A model generated the notes under the pieces. That model did no database searches. It saw only the letters and a list, made by a program, of their open reading frames with translations, and was not told where the DNA came from. Below are positions 19,369 through 26,931 of a DNA stretch of 32,000 nucleotides, piece after piece. The stretch lies in assembly GCF_029582805.1 (NCBI RefSeq), contig NZ_JAKKUT010000002.1:1886942-1918941 (forward strand). The letters are read 5' to 3'. The translations under genes were made by a program, and so were the position numbers. This stretch comes from Candidatus Synechococcus calcipolaris G9. GTDB lineage: Bacteria; Cyanobacteriota; Cyanobacteriia; Thermosynechococcales; Thermosynechococcaceae. Every line of letters starts with the position of its first letter. Within the stretch, counting starts at the first letter, position 1.

Positions 19369-19606
19369 CAATTTCTCCCCCTAGGAGATGCTCTTGCAGG
19401 ATCCGTTCAATGACCTGGGGTGTTGCCGAATGATACCAAACCCGATCCGGATAAATCAGTAGGATGGGCCCCCGTTGACACACCCGTAAGCAATTCGCCT
19501 TTGTACGATACATACAGAAGGCAGGTTCTGCCTGGGGACGATCTAGACCTAGCTCCCGCAGACGCTTTTTAGATAGTTCCAAGACTCCAAGTCCACTGCC
19601 AATCAT
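19283..19606 (-). CDS. Thioredoxin-like (2Fe-2S) ferredoxin domain protein, apparently N-terminally truncated
   Basis: [68 protein letters not shown]; the usual N-terminal cysteine-containing segment is missing. Confidence 0.6.
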   Translation of the reverse strand: MIGSGLGVLELSKKRLRELGLDRPQAEPAFCMYRTKANCLRVCQRGPILLIYPDRVWYHSATPQVIERILQEHLLGGEIVRDYCFAQAPLGPETVIGVDFPTHSPDG

Positions 19607-19653
19607 TTTAGGAGGGGACGGTCATGGGGGCAAAAAATCCCTATAATTCATTA

Positions 19654-20549
19654 TTAGAGCGCAGTGCAAGCTATGGCGATCATCCAGTCTAAAAAAGAGA
19701 TCGTGTGCGATCCTGTGAATGAATGTGCTGAGAAGATTGGTAAGCAATACCTACCATGTGTAAGGCCGATCTATGGGAGCACAATCACAGGCGTTCCCCA
19801 GCTAATTGGAACTTGCTTTCTCATGCGGTGGAAAAATACGTCTTTTCTTGTCACCGCGGCGCACGTCATTGATGAGAATGAGTCGTCAACGCTGTATGTA
19901 GGAGTTCGCGACACGCTTGTTGAAATCGTCGGTGATTTCCACGCCACTAACAAGCCCATGGCGCAGCGAAGTAACGACCGTTACGATTTTGCCTTTCTAA
20001 AGGTGACGAAACAATTTCATGCAACATTAGGAGATGTTTCATACATTGAATGTAATGCAATTTCTCAGAAGCAGGTAGATTCTCATGGTCGTGTGTATAT
20101 GGCAATGGGCTACCCTGCTTCGCAAAACAAGAAGGTTAATGTAGTAGAGAAATCTCTAAAGCCCAAGATTTGGAAATATTGGTCTACGGCAGCTTCCATG
20201 ACCAATCTAGCACAGGAGCTTGACGTCAGCGGCTCGGATCACGTGTTCATTACATACAACCACAAGCAATCTCGCAATTTCGAGGGAAGCATAATTAACT
20301 CCATAAAGCCGCATGGAGCTAGTGGTGGTGTGCTCATCGACCTTGGAATGCTGGGACTAAAGAATTTGGCACCCGATTTCGAGTGCGCCGGACTTGTTGC
20401 AGGTGTGCTTATTGAGGAGCATAAAAACCATAACGCTATCGTTGCGGTGAAAATTGGGCCTGTCCTTGATGCTATGGAGAAACATGCGCTCTAACAATCG
20501 CATCGGGCTGAAGTATTTGTTATCAATCCGCTGGGGATGATGCCTGATG
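19654..20549 (+). mobile_element. Solitary integron gene cassette (protease gene plus attC)
   Basis: The cassette begins TTAGAGCGCA (19654-19663), perfectly complementary to TGCGCTCTAA (20485-20494) at the 5' end of the attC; right junction G|TTAGAC at 20549/20550. Confidence 0.75.
19673..20494 (+). CDS. Trypsin-like serine protease carried in an integron cassette
   Basis: Candidate triad: His in FLVTAAHVIDE, Asp in NDRYDFAFLKV, Ser in KPHGASGGVLIDLG. ATG at 19673; in-frame GTG at 19664. Confidence 0.75.
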   Translation: MAIIQSKKEIVCDPVNECAEKIGKQYLPCVRPIYGSTITGVPQLIGTCFLMRWKNTSFLVTAAHVIDENESSTLYVGVRDTLVEIVGDFHATNKPMAQRSNDRYDFAFLKVTKQFHATLGDVSYIECNAISQKQVDSHGRVYMAMGYPASQNKKVNVVEKSLKPKIWKYWSTAASMTNLAQELDVSGSDHVFITYNHKQSRNFEGSIINSIKPHGASGGVLIDLGMLGLKNLAPDFECAGLVAGVLIEEHKNHNAIVAVKIGPVLDAMEKHAL

Positions 20550-20555
20550 TTAGAC
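20488..20555 (+). repeat. attC-like site of the protease cassette
   Basis: GCTCTAACAATCGCATCGGGCTGAAGTATTTGTTATCAATCCGCTGGGGATGATGCCTGATGTTAGAC: R'' CTCTAAC, inner GCATC/GATGC arms, R' GTTAGAC (exact GTTRRRY). Confidence 0.75.
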
Positions 20556-20960
20556 CCTACCAGTGAGTTCTAGTTTTTCGTTCATCTCATATCTGGGTTG
20601 GTCGTTGGGGAATAAGACATGGAGTTTCTCAGAGAACGATTTCTCTCCTATCCTTACATTTTTAGGACTACCCATTTTGGAAGGGGACAGTCAGAGGGGC
20701 AAAAAATCCGTATAAAACGCCAATAAGACACCAATATAAGAAAAATTATACAGAAAATTTCCGTATAATATCTTCATGGGGATCATTATATTCATGATGA
20801 AAAAATCCGTGGGATTACGGAACTGCAAACCCTAAGGATGTTCTAGGGTAAGAATATGCTGATTAATGGAAATACAAATTTATTGTGAACATTTGTAGCG
20901 GGGCAGGAATTTGTCGTCTATGGTATGACAGTGGACTACAACCATGGGTGAGAATTTGAC

Positions 20961-21650
20961 ATGACATCGACCCTTCCAAAGCGACCGCACCATCTCCAGG
21001 CAGCCCACCCCCAGCGGCGGCATCACTTTAGCCTCAAGGACTTTTTTGAGTACGACTCTAGCCTGGGTAGCATTACCGACTGGCATCAATCTCGTCAGGT
21101 ATTGGTCACGGAAGATTTTGTGATTGGACTTGTTCAGGGCCTCGAAGAAGAAGTGGGTTCTGCCTCCGGCTTAGTGATGTACAAAGTTGGGGAGGTGTGG
21201 GGACAAAAGGATGCCCAGGTTTTCCAAAAACATTTTGAACAGGAGTACGAACGAGAACTCCGCCGCACGGCCCTAACGTTCCTCCTAGAAGCCTGGTGGT
21301 GGCCCTTTGTCAGTGAAGGTTGGGGCAACTGGGAAGTGGATCTGACCGAGCAACGAAATGGTTTTATGTTCATTAATATTTTTGATTCCGTCGTGGCCCG
21401 TACCCTAGGGGATGTGGGCAAGCCGGTATGTTATCTCTATGCAGGTTTGTTTGCCGGATTTTTTACGGAACTCATTCAAAAGCCCCTAGGTTGTATTGAA
21501 ATCCAATGTTATGCCATGGGTGAAACCTATTGCAAATTTTTAGTGGGGAAACAGGATCGGATTGATGCCGCTACCTTTTGGCAAAACGAAGGGGCGACCA
21601 CCCGAGATATTGAAAAACGCCTGCGTCAAGGAGAATTAATTAAAAAGTGA
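20961..21650 (+). CDS. V4R domain-containing protein
   Basis: 229 aa; ...GKPVCYLYAGLFAGFFTELIQKPLGCIEIQCYAMGETYCKFLVG is a typical V4R C-terminal Cys-containing motif. Confidence 0.75.
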   Translation: MTSTLPKRPHHLQAAHPQRRHHFSLKDFFEYDSSLGSITDWHQSRQVLVTEDFVIGLVQGLEEEVGSASGLVMYKVGEVWGQKDAQVFQKHFEQEYERELRRTALTFLLEAWWWPFVSEGWGNWEVDLTEQRNGFMFINIFDSVVARTLGDVGKPVCYLYAGLFAGFFTELIQKPLGCIEIQCYAMGETYCKFLVGKQDRIDAATFWQNEGATTRDIEKRLRQGELIKK

Positions 21651-21778
21651 TGATCGTCCTTCCTGCAACTTGAGATGTCCTATAAGTTGAGGTGATTATC
21701 AGCCATTGACCCCACTATTCCCCAAACTTTTCTCTGTTGAGTTATGTCATCTGGTTCTTTTTAGGAGTTAAAAAACAT

Positions 21779-22252
21779 ATGTTAAAACAACTGAATCGTT
21801 TAGCCCTCGATGCCGATGGCCGCTATGCCACGGCCAGTGAGCTTGCTTTTCTTAAGGACTACTTGGCCACCATTGAACCGCGCATCAGTGCATACCAGAA
21901 GATCCGCGAAGAAGGTGAGATTATGGCGGATAAAATTCAAGCCCGTCAGAAAGCCCAAAATGTGAATTGCTTTACCTTCAATAACCAGGATCAATCCTCC
22001 ATTTGCCGTCGGGATTTGGTGAATGCCATTCGTTTGAGTGCAACTGCCGTTCTTTTTGGTGAACTGGATCTATTGCGGGATAATTTTCTGCTGTGGTATC
22101 GCACCATTGTCAAGGCTTTTAACTATGAAAATATGGCCCGCTCCACCTACGGAAAGATTTTGCCCGAATTGATGAAGGCCCTGCTTGATCCCGCAGAAAA
22201 TAAAGTGACTCAGCCCGTTCTCCAACTTAATGCGTCTATCCTATCGGATTAG
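21779..22252 (+). CDS. Phycobiliprotein-like globin (phycobilisome protein family, BBAG-like)
   Basis: MLKQLNRLALDADGRYATASELAFLKDYLATIEPRISAYQKIRE...SSICRRDLVNAIRLSATAVLFGELDLLRDNFLLWYRTIVKAF; preceded by an RBS-like AGGAG. Confidence 0.75.
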   Translation: MLKQLNRLALDADGRYATASELAFLKDYLATIEPRISAYQKIREEGEIMADKIQARQKAQNVNCFTFNNQDQSSICRRDLVNAIRLSATAVLFGELDLLRDNFLLWYRTIVKAFNYENMARSTYGKILPELMKALLDPAENKVTQPVLQLNASILSD

Positions 22253-22316
22253 TAGCTGATTGGTTAAGATGGGATCATGCACAGATTCCATTCAGGACTG
22301 GGAAAATCATTTTCTT

Positions 22317-22787
22317 ATGTTGAATCAGTTAAATCGTCTCGCAATTGAAACCGATGGTCGGTATGCCAGTGTATCGGAACTAAAGTTCGTCAAAGATTAC
22401 CTGGCATCCATCGACCTACGGATTAGTGCCTATGAAAAAATCCGCGATGCTGAGGATCAAATCGTTGATCACATTGAAACTCAGTTAAAGTCCCATAACC
22501 CCAAGTTTTTTCAAAAGGGTAAACAGGACTACAGTGATATTTGTCGCCGCGATCGCAAAAGTGTATTGCGTTTATCTACAACGGCCATGCTGTTTGCGGA
22601 TCTCGATTCCCTGCGGGATGGCTTTTTACTCTGGTATCGCACGATTATTAAAGCTTTTAAGGATGAAAAAGCAGCCCAAGTGACCTATAAACTCCTCCCT
22701 GCTGTTGTCACCAAAGTATTAACCCCAGAGGAAAATAAGTTGATAGAGCCGACATTAGAACTCAGTCGCTCCATTCTTGGGGAATAA
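22317..22787 (+). CDS. Phycobiliprotein-like globin, paralogue of the preceding gene
   Basis: MLNQLNRLAIETDGRYASVSELKFVKDYLASIDLRISAYEKIRD...YSDICRRDRKSVLRLSTTAMLFADLDSLRDGFLLWYRTIIKAF. Confidence 0.75.
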   Translation: MLNQLNRLAIETDGRYASVSELKFVKDYLASIDLRISAYEKIRDAEDQIVDHIETQLKSHNPKFFQKGKQDYSDICRRDRKSVLRLSTTAMLFADLDSLRDGFLLWYRTIIKAFKDEKAAQVTYKLLPAVVTKVLTPEENKLIEPTLELSRSILGE

Positions 22788-22820
22788 TAGGCAAAGAACC
22801 TCTGACTGAGGGAGTTATCA

Positions 22821-23270
22821 ATGCAGACCCAGGCTGAATCTATCGCACTCTATGACACCGACTTCTATGGGTGGATCCAGGAGCAGGGGGCACTCCTCCG
22901 CTCAGGGAAATTTGACCAACTCGACCTTCAGCATCTCATTGAGGAAATTGACTCTTTGGGCAGACAGGAGCAGCGGGAACTTCGGAATCGCCTGGGCATT
23001 TTGCTCGGTCATCTGCTGAAATGGCACTATCAACCCAAGGGTCGCAGCAAAAGTTGGCGGGCCACTATAGGAGAGCAGCGACGACGGATTTTAGAACATC
23101 TTAGCGAAAACCCAAGTCTGAAACCTTATCTAGCTACGGCGATCGCCAAAGCCTATGGGGATGGACTTGATTTGGTTGACCGAGAAACACCCCTGAACCC
23201 CCAAGAGCTACCTCGAACCTGTCCATTTTCCCAGGCTCAAATCTTTGAGGAATCGATAGAATGGCCCTAG
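22821..23270 (+). CDS. DUF29 domain-containing protein (copy 1)
   Basis: LYDTDFYGWIQEQGALLRSGKFDQLDLQHLIEEIDSLGRQEQRELRNRLGILLGHLLKWHYQPKGRSKSWRATI is DUF29. Confidence 0.92.
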   Translation: MQTQAESIALYDTDFYGWIQEQGALLRSGKFDQLDLQHLIEEIDSLGRQEQRELRNRLGILLGHLLKWHYQPKGRSKSWRATIGEQRRRILEHLSENPSLKPYLATAIAKAYGDGLDLVDRETPLNPQELPRTCPFSQAQIFEESIEWP

Positions 23271-23310
23271 TGTTCGGCTAAATTGAATTTCCAGGAGTAA
23301 GGAGTCTTGA

Positions 23311-23754
23311 ATGCAAACCCAGGCTGAATTGACTACGCTCTATAACACCGACTTCTATGGGTGGATCCAGGAGCAGGGGGCACTTCTCCGCGCCAGGAAA
23401 TTTGATCAACTCGACCTTGCCCATCTCATTGAGGAAATTGAGTCTTTGGGTAGACAGGAGCAGCGGGAACTTCGGAATCGCCTGGGCATTTTGCTCGGTC
23501 ATCTGCTGAAATGGCACTATCAACCCAAGGGTCGCTCCAAGAGTTGGCGGGCCACCATACGGGAGCAGCGACAGGAGATTCGCCGTCATCTCAAAGAGAA
23601 TCCCAGTTTGAAACCCTATCTAGAGGAAGCAATCACGATTGGATACGAGAAGGGACTTCATCTAGTGGATCGGGAAACGCCCCTGGATCCCCAAGAGTTA
23701 CCCCCATCCTGTCCATTTTCTCAGATTCAAATCTTTGAGGAGCCGATAGATTGA
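23311..23754 (+). CDS. DUF29 domain-containing protein (copy 2)
   Basis: Tandem near-copy: LYNTDFYGWIQEQGALLRARKFDQLDLAHLIEEIESLGRQEQRELRNRLGILLGHLLKWHYQPKGRSKSWRATI. Confidence 0.92.
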   Translation: MQTQAELTTLYNTDFYGWIQEQGALLRARKFDQLDLAHLIEEIESLGRQEQRELRNRLGILLGHLLKWHYQPKGRSKSWRATIREQRQEIRRHLKENPSLKPYLEEAITIGYEKGLHLVDRETPLDPQELPPSCPFSQIQIFEEPID

Positions 23755-23926
23755 CTTGGACTGATCTAGCTGTGGTTATATACAATCTGGTTATATAGAA
23801 ATATCCGCAAGAAAAAGAAAATCCCTTCTAGGTTAAATAGAAGGGAAAATCCTTTCCTGCAAGGGCCATCAACGGCGATCGCCCCTGGGGAATTGGGTCA
23901 TTCAAACCAATATTGAACAGATTGCG

Positions 23927-24385
23927 TTAGCTCATTGTGGCATGACTGCGATCGTAGCTGATCCGAAAGCCAGGATTGATCTTGCCCTGAATCTGATTCC
24001 AGTAATGGGATGCATCCACGGGGACACCCATTTCATTCACCAAACGAGTTAAAAGAGATTGCTCCCGATTTTTGATCATCTGATGATGGGCCATCATTAG
24101 GGAACGACTCATTGCCGTAACGTTAGGTTGAGTTGCCGGCATATCCACGGGGGATTCTGTCACGGAGGAGACGGCCGCCACTGGACGCACTGGAGCCGTG
24201 GCCTCACCGGTATGATATTCTACACCGCGATAGGTGAGATCCTTTTCCGGTTGAGCCGGAGGGTTCACAACTTTAGTGCAACGGTATTCCCAGCCCCGAT
24301 ATTTGGCAACGACATCCGTCGCCTGGGTGGTTAAGGCCGGGGGAATGTAGTCGTAGTGTGTGCCGCGATAGGTAAGTTTCATCAT
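23927..24385 (-). CDS. DUF4278 domain-containing protein
   Basis: Duplicated YRG motifs: MKLTYRGTHYDYIPP..VAKYRGWEYRCTKV..LTYRGVEYHTG. Confidence 0.8.
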   Translation of the reverse strand: MMKLTYRGTHYDYIPPALTTQATDVVAKYRGWEYRCTKVVNPPAQPEKDLTYRGVEYHTGEATAPVRPVAAVSSVTESPVDMPATQPNVTAMSRSLMMAHHQMIKNREQSLLTRLVNEMGVPVDASHYWNQIQGKINPGFRISYDRSHATMS

Positions 24386-24785
24386 GATATTCGCCCCAAA
24401 AGATAGGTGGTTGAGGGATCTTGTGATCCCAATGAGGCGCGTTCCTTCGGGATAGCCCTACTTCCGTCTTCCCTAAATCACTGACCCTTAAATTTCCCAG
24501 GTTAAGAAGAAATTTAGCTTTTGGTACTTGAACAGGAAGATGAACGATTCGTTTCTGTATCTAATTTAACAGTTTTCTAATTATGAGAGGGCAAAGACAC
24601 GAAAGTTTATTTTATTTGCACATATGTTAGTATTTCATTACTTTTGCAGTCACCGAAGAGGCAGGGTTCATCGTTTGGAGATGGATAGATAGCCTAGCGG
24701 TCAGGAAGCCGTTCTCCTAGAGATTGCAGTTCTGCGTTGGTTTCGTTATGATCACCCCTGGAATAGCCACAGGATATTTTTAGCC

Positions 24786-24950
24786 ATGACCGAACCCACC
24801 CGTACCCCCAATTTAGAAAATCCCAAGTTTGGTTTTAATAGTTTTGCCGAACGCTTGAATGGTCGGGCGGCAATGGTGGGCCTTGTCACCTTACTGCTTT
24901 GGGAGTACTTCACCGGAGAAGGTCTGCTCCATTGGCTGGGCCTGTTTTAG
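24786..24950 (+). CDS. High-light-inducible / chlorophyll a/b-binding-like single-helix protein
   Basis: 54 aa ORF below the track cutoff: MTEPTRTPNLENPKFGFNSFAERLNGRAAMVGLVTLLLWEYFTGEGLLHWLGLF; has the ExxNGRAAMxG Chl-binding motif. Confidence 0.93.
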   Translation: MTEPTRTPNLENPKFGFNSFAERLNGRAAMVGLVTLLLWEYFTGEGLLHWLGLF

Positions 24951-24976
24951 GGTGTCTATTTTAGACTCTACAATTT

Positions 24977-26356
24977 TTAGAGCGTAAAATTAAAGTCTGC
25001 CACGAGCATTCCCGGAACTAAGCTGCCCCCTAGGGATCGGCGTTCATAGGTATCTGTATGGGGAATCCATTCCGTCTCATCGGTTAAATTGATTAAGCTT
25101 TCGCCCCAAAAGCGATACAGGCTCTCATCAAATCGTAGGTCTTGAATGGGGGCAATAATTTCTCCCTTTTCCACCCAGAAGCAGGCATAGCGGGTCATGC
25201 CGGTCATGAATCCCTTGGGGCGATCGCTCCAGTTGAGGTAGTGTAAATTACTCAGGTATAGTCCCGTATCTAGGGCGGTCAAGATGTCTTGGTTTGCCAG
25301 AGTTCCCGGCAATAGCTGCGGCGATCGCAGACTTTCGCTAGTATTGGCTCCATTGGAAACCAATTGGTACTCCTCGGCAGTGCGGCGATTGATTAAAAAG
25401 GTTTTGAGGATTCCCTGCTCAATAATGGCTAACTCCATGGGGGCGATCTCTCCTTCCGAATTAAAGCGAGGTACCGTACCCTGGCTAAAATTTTCCTGAA
25501 GCGTGATCAGCGGGGATAGATGTTGCCCCTGGGTGAGCGGGAATAGGGCACTTTGGCCCTGGCGCAAGGAGCTTTCACTGACGGCTCCCCAGGAGAGCAT
25601 TCCCACAAGTTCAGCGGTGGCGGCCGGAGCCAGATAGGTACGATACCGGCCCGGGGGCAGGATTTTCACGGGTTCTTCCAGTTGGCGAAGTTGATAGCGG
25701 CCCCGTTTCAGTTGCTCGGCATACTGTTCAGGCTGCCATTGGCTTCCCGCTAGGGTGGCTTTTACGGCCTTTCCTGCTGCGGTAAAGAGAGAATAATCTA
25801 GGCAATAGGTTGTTGTCGCAAACCAGTGGTGCTGCCCCGCCGAATTATAGTTACCACGAAAAATCGTACCGCCACTATAAATTCCAGTAAAATCCAAATC
25901 TTCAACCCCAGACAACAGCACGTCCACCACTTGATCCGCTGCTAGTAATTGGCCGTGATAGATTTCCTGACTTGAGCCATGATTTTCCGGCGGGGTCAAG
26001 TAGGGGTCCACCGGCAATTGGGCTGTTTCTTGGCGAAGTAGGGTGAGGGCATCTCCTGCTAACTGTTGATCCCTGGGGCGATCGCCGGTAAAGGGAATGG
26101 TTGCTTCGCTGGTGCGTTCTTGGTAACTATATTTCAGGGTGATTGACCCATCCTCAACGGTTCCGATCTGGCGAACACGGGAATGGTTAAAGCGAATAAA
26201 CTGGCTAGTTTCACCCATCACATCCAGGGATAAATGTTCCCCAGGGCTTAACTGACGGATCAGAAATTGAGCAAGCTCTTGACTGGCATCTTCAAGGAAA
26301 TCTAGGGGCAGGGACACGTTGGTCATGGGCAAGTTGGGGGATGGGTGGAGAAACAT
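24977..26356 (-). CDS. TldD/PmbA family metalloprotease-like protein
   Basis: 459 aa; GIYSGGTIFRGNYNSAGQHHWF, LLPGTLANQDILTALDTGLYLSNLHYLNWSDRPKGFMTGMTRYACFWVEKGEI. Confidence 0.85.
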   Translation of the reverse strand: MFLHPSPNLPMTNVSLPLDFLEDASQELAQFLIRQLSPGEHLSLDVMGETSQFIRFNHSRVRQIGTVEDGSITLKYSYQERTSEATIPFTGDRPRDQQLAGDALTLLRQETAQLPVDPYLTPPENHGSSQEIYHGQLLAADQVVDVLLSGVEDLDFTGIYSGGTIFRGNYNSAGQHHWFATTTYCLDYSLFTAAGKAVKATLAGSQWQPEQYAEQLKRGRYQLRQLEEPVKILPPGRYRTYLAPAATAELVGMLSWGAVSESSLRQGQSALFPLTQGQHLSPLITLQENFSQGTVPRFNSEGEIAPMELAIIEQGILKTFLINRRTAEEYQLVSNGANTSESLRSPQLLPGTLANQDILTALDTGLYLSNLHYLNWSDRPKGFMTGMTRYACFWVEKGEIIAPIQDLRFDESLYRFWGESLINLTDETEWIPHTDTYERRSLGGSLVPGMLVADFNFTL

Positions 26357-26379
26357 TTAATCACTTTAGCGTAACCACT

Positions 26380-26793
26380 TTAGCGCGGCCCCAGGGCATT
26401 CAAAACCAAAAATTGGCCAAACAGGCCCAGAGTCCAGATGGATTGCACGGGCAACTCTGTGACGAAAAGACTGGCAACTCCAAGATTATAGTGACGGGTA
26501 TTGTAGGCAATGTAATCCTCAATCTCGCGGGTGTTGCCCTGGGAAAGGGCCTGGCACCCTTCTTGGAGAAAACTGGCGATCGCCGTTGGATTTTTGTGTA
26601 ATCCTGGACAGACCTCCCGAATGAGTAATGAGGCAATTTCCTCACTGGCGGTGGATTGATAGTGTTCTAGGGTGGGATTGGTCAGCCCCGCAACCAGGCC
26701 GACACCGATCATCCCGATGCCAGCAAGGATTAGGGTGAGTCTTTTAGGGTTCATTCTGGGCAGGCAGGTAGAAAAAATTGACCACAGGGGCAT
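26380..26793 (-). CDS. Conserved hypothetical cyanobacterial protein, possibly DUF4359
   Basis: LILAGIGMIGVGLVAGLTNPTLEHYQSTASEEIASLL...YNLGVASLFVTELP...TLGLFGQFL. Confidence 0.55.
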   Translation of the reverse strand: MPLWSIFSTCLPRMNPKRLTLILAGIGMIGVGLVAGLTNPTLEHYQSTASEEIASLLIREVCPGLHKNPTAIASFLQEGCQALSQGNTREIEDYIAYNTRHYNLGVASLFVTELPVQSIWTLGLFGQFLVLNALGPR

Positions 26794-26834
26794 GAAAGCA
26801 AGGGTGATATGCTCTAAAATTAACTTTAGAATAA

Positions 26835-26908
26835 GGCGAGCGTAGCCAAGTGGTTAAGGCAGTGGATTGTGGTTCCACCATTCGTGGGTTCGATTCCCAT
26901 CGTTCGCC
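26835..26908 (+). tRNA. trnH: tRNA-His (GUG)
   Basis: GGCGAGCGTAGCCAAGTGGTTAAGGCAGTGGATTGTGGTTCCACCATTCGTGGGTTCGATTCCCATCGTTCGCC; anticodon GTG, G-1 opposite C73, acceptor/D/T arms fold. Confidence 0.95.
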
Positions 26909-26931
26909 CTAATTTTACCTGAAGATGCTAA

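Noticed and set aside
20580-20960. Possible further cassette between the protease attC and the V4R gene
   Set aside because: No ORF of useful size and no second attC-like hairpin; the 46 bp repeat does not resemble attC.
23278-23738. ORFs 23278..23589 (-) and 23511..23738 (+) in the second DUF29 gene
   Set aside because: Overlap the clear DUF29 reading frame in other frames.
24681-24760. Possible tRNA-like stretch GATAGCCTAGCGGTCAGGAAGCCG before the HLIP gene
   Set aside because: No TTC-containing T arm, no matching acceptor stem and no anticodon arm in the right spacing.
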